From NCBI RefSeq assembly GCF_006345805.1, contig NC_043023.1:12648001-12712000 (forward strand): a stretch of DNA of 64,000 nt, read 5' to 3'. The notes beneath the pieces are model-generated. The model did no database searches, was not told the origin of the DNA, and saw only the letters and a program-made list of their open reading frames with translations. Below are positions 1 to 13,780 of the stretch, one piece after another. Made by a program: the position numbers and the translations under genes. The DNA is from Octopus sinensis (taxonomy: Eukaryota). Positions within the stretch are counted from its first letter, which is position 1, and every line of letters starts with the position of its first letter.

Positions 1-1266
1 AATTGAATATTAATTAATAACATCAATTTCGTATGGAGTTTGGCGTTTGGTTCAGCAAATTATGTTTTTGATATACTCTACCGATGATTCGAAAATGATT
101 TGTAAGTAAAATTACACAATCTATTAATGATGAAACAATTGTATAGAGTTAATCCATTTTTTCGTTATTTTTCATTTGTCCTGCCCCCTTACATTCTTGG
201 CATGTTGAATTAATGCTTGAGAACAATTCGTTAGTGGTGGATTCCCTTTGCCGATCTATTTCTAGCGTTAGAGTGACCATATGTGGTCCCTCTCTTAATA
301 CTTGTATGTATATATATATATATATATATATACATGTGTGTGTGTGTGTATACAAATATATTTGCAGTGAATCTGGCACGCATGAAGTAGATTGGATCCA
401 TCCTTGCCAAAATTTTAATTAACCCTTCACCAAATTTTTCCCACGGCAGAATAATAGAGAAATCTCTATACAGAATGTTGTAAAAGTTTCAATGCCTCAA
501 TGGATTCTGACCCCTGCAAACATAGACATTAAATGGATGACAGTGTTGATGTTGTAAGATTTGCAATGTTGAATTTCTATGTCGTTTAATGATTCTCTTT
601 ATCTCACTGCTTCTTTTTTTTTCTATTTCAGAATATTACATCCTGTTGATATGAAAGAAATTACTTCATTCAGATGTGCCTCTAATATTCTATCAGCTCC
701 CATCAACCAAAGGAAGATGATATATTTATACGGAGCATTCATCAATACATCAAACTCATCTTATAAAGGAAATCTGTGAAAAACAACAGCAAAATATTTC
801 TTCTGGACGATGGAATTAACAGCAACAATTTGAAGTCTTTGCTGTCTGGAATATAGAGGAGATGATTGTTTTACAGGTTAATTAAGCTTGGATGACTTTA
901 CAAAGGGGTAGACAATTGTCACCTCTTGATTTAGATATTAAGCAAAATCTCAGATGAAAGAAGCATAGCATTAAATTATTCTCTGAAAATAGCAACACAA
1001 TATATTCATAGAAATGAATTTTTTTCCTATTTCAGAATATACCATGTTGATTTAAAAGAAAATTCTTCATTCAGATGTGTGTCTGATATTTTTATTGACT
1101 TTCATCAATTAAAGGAAGGCCATATATTCATAAGGCACATTCATCAATACATCAGCTTCTTTATATAAATAAAATCTTTGACGAACGATGGGGAAATATT
1201 TCTTCTGGATGATGGAATTAAGAGCAACTATCATTGTGATATGTATAATGAAATTATTCTCTCATA

Positions 1267-2546
<1,280 letters not shown>

Positions 2547-2571
2547 TCGTATCAATATCAAAATTTGTTAC

Positions 2572-3133
2572 AACCCGGCAGGAAAGGTGAGTCTATAACC
2601 CATGGCCTCTACCTGGAATGTAGCCAGTCCACTTATGCATACCTTTCCTTCTTGGGACACAAAACTCTACTTGTGAAGACCTTGTTAAGGCAAGTGAGAA
2701 TCAGGATCAAAATCGAAATCTATCAACATCAATGGAAATTGTAGCTGTGATACCAGTGCTGGTGGCACGTAAGAAGCACCTACAGATTGTGGCCGCTGCC
2801 AGTCTCCCCTGGCACCTGTGCCAGTGGCATGTAAAAAGCACCATCCGAACGTGGCCGTTGCCAGCACCGCTTCAACTGGCTTCCATGCCGGTGGCTTGTA
2901 AAAAGCACCGACTGACCGTGGCCACTGCCAGACTGCGTAGGACCCTGTGCCGGTGGCACGTAAAAAGCATCCACTACATTCACAGAGTGGTTGGCGTTTA
3001 AAAAGGGCATCCAGCTGTAGAAACACTGCCAGATCAGACTGCAACCTGGTGCAGCCTCCTGGTATCCCAGACCCCAGTCAACCGTCCAATCCATGCTAGC
3101 AGGGAAAACAGATGTGATACAATGATGATGAGG
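2572..3133 (+). mobile_element. Sense RTE 3'-end fragment directly after the ZF1 stop (paralogs at about 10800-11465, 23668-24157, 30856-31348, 37475-37972, 46020-46520, 53382-53872, 62142-62497)
   Basis: ACCCGGCAGGA(C/A)A..TGAG.C.ATAACCCATGGCCTCTACCTGG matches the reverse complement of the RT stop region at 27570-27610. It is followed by the ~55-bp repeats and an ATGATG tail. Confidence 0.88.
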
Positions 3134-3202
3134 AGGATTCTCCATTGTTTCCTGTGACAGACAGCTGTTCTTTTGTGTACTGGACATTTTCAATGTTTTG
3201 TT

Positions 3203-3225
3203 ATTAAACATTTTGTAAAAATAAA
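3203..3225 (+). terminator. Candidate polyadenylation signals for the ZF transcript (ATTAAA, AATAAA); paralogs at about 11534, 38042, 46589
   Basis: First canonical hexamers downstream of the ZF stop and the RTE tail. Weak evidence given the AT-rich background. Confidence 0.4.
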
Positions 3226-3245
3226 ATCTTTTGTGCTTGCTTATT

Positions 3246-3660
3246 CTCTCTTTTTCTCTTTCTCTTTTACTTGTTTCAGTCATTTGACTGTGGCCATGCT
3301 GGAGCTCCGCCTTTAATAGTGCATCTCGACCCCGGGACTTATTCTTTTGTAAGCCCAGTACTTATTCTATCGGTCTCTTTTGCCGAACTGCTAGTGACGG
3401 GGACATAGACACACCAGCATCGGTTGTCAAGCAATGCTAGGGGGACAAACACAGACACACAAACACATGCATATATATATATATATATTCATATATACGA
3501 CAGGCTTCTTTCAATTTCCGTCTACCAAATCCACTCACAAGGCTTTGGTCGGCATGAGGCTATAGTAGAAAATACTTACCAAATGTGACACGCAGTGCGA
3601 CTGAACCTAGAACCATGTGGTTGGTAAGCAAGCTACTTACCACACAGCCACTCCTGCGCC
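3246..3660 (-). mobile_element. tRNA-derived octopus SINE (paralogs at about 11577-11970, 38084-38477, 46631-47027; 5' part only at 62497-62746)
   Basis: The minus strand begins GGCGCAGGAGTGGCTGTGTGGTAAG (A box) ...GGTTCAGTC(G/C)CAC (B box), has an internal (TA)/(TG) tract and ends in an (AAAGAG)n tail. Confidence 0.88.
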
Positions 3661-3679
3661 TATATCTATATTGTGATTA

Positions 3680-4300
3680 CATTTTCTTTTGAGTTGTCAT
3701 ATTTTGTCCCATAGTTTCTGGGTAATCGGTAGCTATCTTATTTCTGGTGCCACTACAATCTTTCTATTTTCTTGCCCTGCACTGAAGTGGAAGCCTTGTA
3801 GTGACGCCTGGTCCCAGATGCCATTTTAGGATTTTCATCCACGCATGTGCAGTCATCAGCATCAGCTAGGCTTGACCACAGTCCTCGCTCTCTCTCTTCG
3901 CCCCTGCTTCCAACCAAGCCGGGCGCAACTTGACCAGCTCCATGTGGCTGGAATTCTGAAGGCGATCCATGACTTCAGTGAATCTGAGAAGTATGCCTTC
4001 ACAATCGTGATGAAACTGTCTCTACTGCTTCCGCACCAAGGCGACCTAGCTGCTGATTGTCCAGAGATGTAACGCTTGTACAGACAGAAAAATAAATATT
4101 GTTATTTGTTCAGAGATCCTTGTTCTCTTGATTTTTTAATTGCTTTGCGGGGTGACTGGGGAAATGTAAAGATGTGCACGACCGCCCTTGGACAGTTTTG
4201 AATGATATAGAAAGTGCGAGCCCTCTAACTGAAAAAATGTGGATTTGTATAAAGGACACGCACACACAGACAGACATTTGGCCATTTATATACAGAGAGA
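3680..4300 (-). mobile_element. Possible Helitron-like element, 5' portion (paralogs in units 2, 4, 5 and 7; ~205-bp internal duplication in units 2 and 7)
   Basis: The minus strand starts A|TCTCTCTGTATATAAATGGCCAAATGTCTGTCTGTGTGTG, the same style as the 17861 element. No CTAG/hairpin 3' end was found. Confidence 0.4.
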
Positions 4301-4418
4301 TGTTGATGTAATTCAGCCTAAGGAGACATCTACAGCTGGCTACACGACATGATCTGTTTATATTCACGAGTGCCCGTTCTCCATATTTTATTTGTTAGTA
4401 TAAAATAATTTTTAAAAT

Positions 4419-5190
4419 GCAAGACCAGTGAGAACAGTCAAAATCAAAGCAAATCAATTCATATATCAGAAAGCAGAACCAAATTGAGGTCGATCAACAT
4501 CAGTGGGAATTGCAGCTGTGGTTAAGCGAACCATCCGATCGTGGTCGTTTCCCGCGCCGCACCGTCAAGCCTCCGTGTCGGTGGCACGTAAAAGCACCAC
4601 CCGTTCGGGTCCGTCGCCACCCTCGCCTGGCCCCCGTGCCGGTGACACATAAAAGCACCATCCGTTCGTGGCCGTGTGCCAGCTCTGCCTGGTCCCCGTG
4701 TCGGTGGGAGGTAAATGCACCACCCGTTCGCGTCCGTTACCAGCCTTGTCTGGCCCCGTGCCGGTGACACGTAAAAGCACCACCCGCTCGTGTCCGTTGC
4801 CAGCCTCACCTGGCCCTCGTGCCGGTGACACGTAAAAGCTCCATCTGTTCGTGGCCGTGTGCCAGCTCTGCCTGGTTCCCGTGTCGGTGGCACGTAAATG
4901 CACCACCCGTTCGTGGCCATTTGCCAGCTCTGTGTGGCCCCCGTGTCGGTGGCACGTAAAAGCACCACCCGTTCGTGACCGTTTGCCAGCAATGTCTGGC
5001 ACCTGTGCGGGTGGCGCGTAAAAAGCACCCACTACACTCACGGAGTGGTTGGCATTAGGAAGGGCATCCAGCCGTAGAACCACTGCCAGATCTGACTGGG
5101 CTTGATGAAGCCTTCTAGCTTCACAGACCCCAGTTGAACCGTCCAACCCATGCTAGCATGGAAAGCGGACGCTAAATGATGATGATGATG
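4419..5190 (+). mobile_element. Second RTE 3'-UTR fragment with a ~55-bp minisatellite (paralogs at about 13921-14520, 39290-39804, 47835-48371)
   Basis: About 8 repeats of GTG(C/T)CGGTG(G/A)CACGTAAAAGCACC, then the conserved CCCATGCTAGCATGGAAAGCGGACGCTAAATGATGATG tail. Confidence 0.85.
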
Positions 5191-5446
5191 AATCTTTCTA
5201 ATTTTTTGCAGATTGAAGAATTATCTTTTAAATCTGTAGGTCAAAAGGTAAAAATCCCAGCGCTTCTCTATTTCCTTTCGTAATTGTGCATTATGTTGGG
5301 AGCGGGGCCATCTTTTCCCTCCCCGTTGTCATTGGAAGAATTAATCAACCTTCGAATATTGAACACACGACACTACATTCCATCCACTGACGGTTCTCTC
5401 AAAGTAGCAACTTAATTATACATGAGAGAAAATAGATCACTGTGAT

Positions 5447-5651
5447 CATCATCATCATCATCGTTTAACGTCCGATTTCCGTTCTAGCATGGGTTGTACG
5501 ATTTGATTGAGGACTGGCGAACCAGGAGACAGCACCAGGCTCCAATCTGATCCGGCAGAGTTTCTACAGCTGGATGCCCTTCCTAACACCAACCAGCTGT
5601 AGAAACTCTACCAGATCAGATTGGAGCTTGGTGCAGCCATCTGGTTCGCCA
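5447..5651 (-). mobile_element. Short RTE-type 3' tail fragment with a fold-back (paralogs at 14777-14980, 40061-40265, 48628-48832, 63967-64000)
   Basis: (CAT)n CGTTTAACGTCCG...CTAGCATGGGTTG, followed by a 59-bp inverted repeat with a 19-nt loop. Confidence 0.8.
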
Positions 5652-5670
5652 ACTGTTCTCTGGGAATAAT

Positions 5671-6378
5671 GGGGATCTTTTCGGTTTGAACGGGAGGCTT
5701 TTAAATTTCTAGGTAACTAAAAAAATTTTAAACTTCGTATACAGATAAAATGTATTTATAAAGCATCCTTTTCCTTGGCTTTAATGAGAAAATTCTGTAG
5801 TTTGTAACATACTTGTTTTTTTTCTGCAATTTCAACCAATCAATGACGTCTATTGAGGTAAAAAAAACATTTGCCTTATGACTATGTCCTTCGTTTAAGA
5901 AACAGATTGGGATTATTTACATTTTTGAAGAAAAAAAGATACCCTTCCCCCACCCCTCACCCTACCACAGATTGAAATGCAATAGATCGATACAAGGGTC
6001 ATAATTATGGGTGACAATTTCATAATGACACCGCTACAAAAAACTGCCGGTCAAACCGAAAAGATCCTTTTTTTTTACACAAAGTAAATAATAAGGCGAT
6101 GCTTCGATATATAAGTACACACGTGACTTTGTTTACATTTGGGAAGATAACAGAAAGCCTTTTCTCCCCACTTCTAACCCTAACACGTGGAAATTATTTT
6201 AAAAAACTGCTGTTCAAACCGAAAAGATCCCAAATATCTTACAAACTGTAGAATTTTCTCAATAAAGCAAAGAGAAACAGATGTTTTATAAACACATTCT
6301 ACCAGTATACGAAGTTTAAAAGTGTTTAGTTACGTGGAAATTATTTTCAAAAACTGCCGGTCAAACCGAAAAGATCCC
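5671..6378. mobile_element. Cluster of GGATCTTTTCGGTTTGAAC-family MITEs and half-elements (paralogs at about 15000-15860, 33320-33720, 40286-41000, 48853-49527, 56575-57380)
   Basis: The TIR motif GGATCTTTTCGGTTTGAACGGCAG and its reverse complement repeat, with variable numbers of tandem ~125-bp right halves. CCCTAA-like tracts lie inside. Confidence 0.75.
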
Positions 6379-6436
6379 CAAAAGGTATCCAAGCATTGTT
6401 CTTTAGATGAGAGAGAAGTGTGAAGGAAGGACAATG

Positions 6437-6512
6437 ATTGGACAGGAGAGAAAATGACGTCAGAAACGGATCGGAAGTGCAACGGCCTGACGTCACATCA
6501 GGAAGATATAAG
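6437..6512 (+). promoter_or_regulatory. Putative Pol II promoter upstream of ZF2: ATTGG, CRE, ETS, CRE, TATA-like
   Basis: ATTGG at 6437, TGACGTCA at 6455 and 6488, CGGAAGTG at 6472, GATATAAG at about 6505. CpG-rich, with downstream splice donors GTGAGT (6590) and GTAAGT (6784). Confidence 0.7.
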
Positions 6513-6828
6513 TCAAAGATGCCTTCTTTCTTTCGGTGTCTGCGACGGGGTCCAGTTCGTGCGCTGGAAACGGTCGTAGATTAGAATATGTGAGTGTATA
6601 TATTCTATATTACCTTGAAGGTAAAATCGTTGACAGAATGGAACAAAGAAGACACCGGAACGAAACGAACCAGTCATAGAAAATTGAAGAACTATAACCA
6701 TATAAAGGGATATAACTTTCCTTAATTAATTAATTAAGGTGCTTAATTAACGATCGCTGACTCGTTGTTTGTATCTGAATACGGTAAGTTGACAAAGATT
6801 TATTTTAAGGCTGTAATGATGATGATAA

Positions 6829-7586
6829 GGTACTACTAGCGAACAGAGCTTGCTATCGTAAGTAGTCGATCCTACAATTTTTAAAACGAAGTAAAACATT
6901 ATTTTTGTAAACAAACTAAGGTTAGGGTTTAAAAGTCGCAGGATCGACTACATACGACTAGCTTGCACGAATGCGCGAGTGCGCGCACCTGGACCACTGT
7001 TCGCTAGTAGTACCTCGCACCTCTCCAAGATAATGACACTTACTTGTGAGAAAAAAGTTTTGAAATGGGAAATATATCCAGAATACATAAAGTATGGAGA
7101 AAATTAGAAAGATTAATCTATTTTTTAAATATTTTATACTAAAAAATAAAATACGGAGAACGGGCACTCGCGAATATAAACAAACATATAAGGGTACTAT
7201 TTAAGAAGAGAGGTCCCGGTGGGCGCGCTAGCGTGTCGTGACTAGTCAATCCTTACTTTGCATTTTTGCTTTATTTACTTTGTTTTAAAAAAATGATCGA
7301 AACTTCGGTATAGGTACCGGAATTACCAGATACATTTCAAGATAGTGTATTTTTTTATTCTATATGGGGGGTTGTGGTTAAGGTTTGTGTTAGGGGTGGG
7401 AGAGAAGGGTTTCTGTTGTCTTCAGAAATGTAAACAAAGCCACTCACGGGACTTATACCGAAGGATCACCAAAAAATTATTTATTTTGTGTTTTATTTAC
7501 TTTGCTAGATAGTCGTTGTAGGATCGACTAGTCACTACAAACTAGCGCGAGTGCGCGCACCGGGACCACTCTTTTTAAATCGTACC
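6829..7586. mobile_element. Two adjacent GGTAC-terminal MITE-like elements (6829-7014 and 7193-7586), repeated in every unit
   Basis: Inverted ends GGTACTACTAGCGAACAG...CTGTTCGCTAGTAGTACC and GGTACTATTTAAG...TTTAAATCGTACC. No clear TSD. The second element hosts the Merlin insertion in unit 2. Confidence 0.65.
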
Positions 7587-8067
7587 AGAGAAAATTTGAA
7601 CGATTAATCTATTTTTTAAACTATTTTATACTAAAAAATAAAATACGCAGAACGGGCACTCGCGAATATAAACAAACATGTATGTACGTATACGTATGTA
7701 TTTATGCATATATATGTATTATTATATATACATATATGTGTGTGTGTAAGGGTGAAAGAAATTGAATATTAATTAATAACATCAATTTCGTATGGAGTTT
7801 GGCGTTTGGTTCAGCAAATTATGTTTTCGATATACTCTACCGATGATTCGAAAATGATTTGTAAGTAAAATTACACAATCTATTAACGATGAAACAATTG
7901 TACAGAGTTAATCCATTTTTTCGTTATTTTTCATTTGTCCTGCCCGCTTACGTTCTTGGCATGTTGAATTAATGCTTGAGAACAATTCTTTAGTGGCGGA
8001 TTCCCTTTGCGGATCTATTTCTAGCGTTAGAGTGACCACATGTGGTCCTTCTCTTATTACTTGTATG

Positions 8068-8102
<35 letters not shown>

Positions 8103-9071
8103 ATACAAATATATTTGCAGTGAATCTTGCACGCATGATGTAGATTGGATCCACCATAGCCAAAATTTTAATTAACCCTTCACCAAACTTTTTCCCACGG
8201 CAGAACAATAGAGAAATCTCTATACAGAATGTTGTAAAAGTTTCAATGCCTCAATGGATTCTGACCCCTGCAAACATGGACATTAAATGGATGACAGTGT
8301 TGATGTTGTAAGATTTGCAATGTTGAATTACTATGTCGTTTAATGATTCTCTTTATCTCACTGCTTGTTTTTTTTTCTATTTCAGAATATAACATCCTGT
8401 TGATATGAAAGAAATTACTTCATTCAGATGTGCCTCTGATATTTTATCAGCTCCCATCAACCAAAGGAAGATGATATATTTATAAGGAGCATTCATCAAT
8501 ACATCAAACTCATCTTATAAAGGAAATCTGTGAAAAACAACAGCAAAATATTTCTTCTGGACGATGGAATTAACAGCAACAATTTGAAGTCTTTGCTGTC
8601 TGGAATATAGAGGAGATGATTGTTTTACAGGTTAATTAAGCTTGGATGACTTTACAAAGGGGTAGACAATTGTCACCTCTTGATTTAGATATTAAGCAAA
8701 ATCACAGATGAAAGAAGCATAGCATTAAATTATTCTCTGAAAATAGCAACACAAATATATTCATAGAATTGAATTTTTTTCCTATTTCATAATATCATAC
8801 CATGTTGATTTAAAAGAAATTTCTTCATTCAGATGTGTGTCTGATATTTTTATTGACTTTCATCAATTAAAGGAAGACCATATATTCATAAGGCACGTTC
8901 ATCAAAAGATCAACTTCTTTATATATAAAAAATCTTGGACAAACTATGGGGAAATATTTCTTCTGGATGATGGAATTAAGAGCAACATTTTTTTTGCCAT
9001 CTGGAATGTAGAGATGATGATGAACCTACAGGTTAAGTTTGAGTAACTTTACAAAAGAGTTAACCAATTTA

Positions 9072-9964
<893 letters not shown>

Positions 9965-10148
9965 TTAAGTTTGAGTAACTTTACAAAAGAGTTAACCAAT
10001 TTATATCTTCTGTTTTAGATATTAAGCAAGATCACCAATGAAAGTAACATAACATTTAATTATTCTCTGATGCATTTGAACACAAATATTCATAGAAATG
10101 AAACAGATACTATCATTGTGATATGTATAACGAAATTATTCTCTCATT

Positions 10149-10775
<627 letters not shown>

Positions 10776-12797
10776 TCGTATCAATATCCAAATTTATTAC
10801 AACCTGGCAGGACAAGTGAGACCATAACCCATGGCCTCTACCTGGGATGTAGCCAGTCCACTTTTGCATACCTTACTTTCTTGAGACACAAAACTCTACT
10901 TGTGAAGACCTGTTGAGTCAAGTGAGAATCAGAAATAGAATGAAAATCACTTAACATCAATGGAAATTGTAGCTGAGATACCAGTGCTGGTGGCACGTAA
11001 AAAGCACCATCCGATCGGTGCCGCTGGCAGCCTCCCCTGGCACCTGTGCCAGTGGCATGTAAAAAGCACCATCTGATCGTGGCCATTGCCAGCCTCGCCT
11101 GGCTCCCATGCTGGTGGCACATAAAAAGCAACGAGCGATCTTGGCCGATGCCAGCGCCCCTTGGCACGTAAAAAGCACCATCCGATCTTTGCCATTGCCA
11201 TCCTTGCCTGGCTTCCGTGCCAGTGGCACGTAAAAAGCATCGACCGATCGTGGCCGCTGCCTGCCACTCCTGGCCCCTGTGCCGGTGGCATGTAAAAAGC
11301 ATCCACTGCACTCACAGAGTGGTTGGCGTTTAAGAAGGGCATCCAGCTGCAGAAACACTGCCAGATCAGACTGCAACCTGGTTCAGCCTCCTGGCTTCCC
11401 AGACCCCAGTCAACCGTCCAACCCATGCTAGCAGGGAAAACAGATGTTATACAATGATGATGAGGAGGATTCTCTACAGTTTCCTGTGACAGACAGCTCT
11501 TCTTTTGTGTACTGGACATTTTCAATGTTTTGTTATTAAACATTTTGTAAAAATAAAATTTTTTGTGCATGCTTATTCTCTCTTTCTCTTTCTCTTTTAC
11601 TTGTTTCAGTCGTTTGACTGTGGCCATGCTGGAGCACCGCCTTTAATGCAGCATCTCGACCCCGGGACTTATTCTTTTGTAAGCCCAGTACTTATTCTAT
11701 CGGTCTCTTTTGCCGAACTGCTAACTGACGGGGACATAAACACACCAGCATCGATTGTCAAGCAATGCTAGGGGGACAAACACAATCACATTCATATATA
11801 TACATCTATACAACAGGCTTCTTTCAGTTTCCGTCTACCAAATCCACTCACAAGGCATTGGTCGGCCTGAGGCAATAGTAGATACTTACCCAAGGTGACA
11901 CGCAATGGGACTGAATCCAGAACCATGTGTTTGGTAAGCAAGCTACTTACCACACAGCCACTCCTGCGCCTATATGTATATTGTGATTACATTTTCTTTT
12001 GAGTTGTCATATTTTGTCCCATAGTTTCTGGGTAATCGGTAGCTATCTTATTTCTGGTGCCACTACAATCTTTCTATTTTCAAGCCCCGCACTCAAGGGG
12101 GAGCCGTGTAGTGACACCTGGTCCCTGACGCCATTTTAGGATTTTCATCCACGCATGCACAGGGGTAAGAGCCTGCTGGAAGCCCCTTATGCACATGTGC
12201 AGTCATCAGCATCAGCTAGGCTTGACCGCTGTCCTCTCTCTCTCTTCGCCCCTGCTTCCAACCAAGCCGGACGTCACTTGACCAGCTCCGTGTGGCTGGA
12301 ATTCTGAAGGCGATCCATGACTTCAGCGAATCTGTGAAGTATGCCTTCACAATCGTGATTAAACTGTCTCTGTTGCTTCTGCACCAAGGCGACCTAGCTA
12401 CTGATTGTCCAGAGATGTAACGCTTGTACAGACAGAAAAATAGATATTGTTATTTGTTCAGAGATCCTTGTTCTATTGATTTTTTAATGGCTTTGCAGGG
12501 TGACTGGGGAAATGTAAAGGTGTGCACGACCACCCTTGGACGGTTTTGAATGACCATAGAAAGTGCGAGACCTCTAACTGAAAAATTGTGGATTTGTATA
12601 AAAGACACACACACAGACATTTTGCCGTTTATATATATATTTAATGGCTTTGCGGGGTGACTGGGGAAATGTAAAGATGTGCACGACCACTCTTGGACGG
12701 TTTTGAATGACCATAGAAAGTGCGAGCCCTCTAACTGAAAAATTGTGGATTTGTTTAAAGGACAGGCACACACAGACAGACATTTGGCCATTTATAT

Positions 12798-13780
12798 TGT
12801 TATGGTTTGGCTAGTGCAGTATTTCTTGACCCACTTTTTGGGAGTGGCGCCGGCACGTCTGGAAGAAAAGCAACAGCCCTTTGTTTACTGGAAGAGTAAT
12901 GGCTTTTTTGGAGGGACCTTTTGGCCTTGTGCGGTCGATTGGGGGTCAGAGAGATGTGAGGGCCGAGGAAGAGGAAAGTAGTGAGAAAGATAGAGTAAGG
13001 GCTGAGAGCAGATAGAGAGAGTATAAGGCTAAGAGACAGATTGAGGATAGAGATAGGCAGTTAGGGCTGAGAGCAGTGAGAGAGGATGAGGGGCAGAGGA
13101 AGACAGGCAGAGAGTATAGCAGAGCTAGGGTAGTGGCAAGGACAGAGCAAGTGAGGTTTTTGCACTGTCGGATTTTGGAAGTCAGAGGAAGCGGTTGGGA
13201 TGCGAGAGCTTGGCAGGTTGGAGCTAGCAGCGCAAAAAGGGATATATACAGAGGAATAGGCGACAGAGAGAGAGAAACCACAATATGGGACACTGGCTAT
13301 TCTAATCAGGAATTAAGGTATTTAATTGTATTGATACGTGCTACGATGTAAAGAGACTGTAGAAGGAAAAAAAAGAATTGGTGTATTGAACAGTGAAATG
13401 AACAATGTGAATTGTGTAAAGACATTTTGTACAGTGTTGTGATTTGAACATTGTATAATGTCCTTCGAACTGTATATGACTTGTTGTGTCGTTACCGGAC
13501 TGTTATATTGTTACTTGCATGTTTAAATGCTTTGATCTGTTGTATACCTGTATTGATTTGTTGTTTCCTTTAAATGCTTTGATGTTGTAACAATTAATTG
13601 TCATAAACTAGTTGTTAAATGTAAGCCAGTTGTTGCCTTGCAGTTTTGTGTCTCTCTCGGTTGCCTCTGTGTCTCTCTGTGCTGCTGTTACAGTTGATGT
13701 TGTTGTTCTATCTCTCCTCTCTCTGGGTTCCGTGGCAAACCTGCCCGTTCGGGCGAGCGGCGACGGGTGTTTCCGTAAGA
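12798..13780. mobile_element. Probable solo LTR (983 bp), unit 2 only
   Basis: Termini TGTTATGG...CCGTAAGA form an imperfect TG..CA-type inverted end. ATAT is duplicated at 12794-12797 and 13781-13784. The equivalent site in other units is empty. Confidence 0.65.

Noticed and set aside
149-379. Minus-strand ORF QV(L/I)REGPH.VTLTLEID...STCQECKGAGQ with a DnaJ-like CxxCxGxG motif, repeated in most units
   Set aside because: The start lies in a microsatellite and differences between copies are mostly non-synonymous, destroying the motif (RQEC, ERKR). One copy is frameshifted and one is deleted. Persistence is explained by recent duplication.
3600-3660. tRNA-like A/B boxes
   Set aside because: They belong to the SINE head. 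There is no complete cloverleaf, so no tRNA gene was called.
4540-5030. Repeat array superficially like CRISPR
   Set aside because: The context is eukaryotic, the units are contiguous degenerate tandem repeats without unique spacers, no cas genes are present, and the array is part of a LINE UTR.
4522-5146. Long Arg/Cys/Trp-rich ORFs over the ~55-bp repeats, and similar ORFs after each ZF gene (e.g. the 199-226 aa MATVKRLKQ... ORFs)
   Set aside because: These are chance frames across the GC-rich RTE 3' UTR minisatellite and the SINE tail. No domain signal, and they are open on both strands.
6513-6701. Conserved 62-aa minus-strand ORF MVIVLQFSMTGSFRSG... in six units
   Set aside because: It overlaps the putative first exon and promoter on the opposite strand. 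Conservation is explained by regulatory constraint and recent duplication, and no domain is recognisable.
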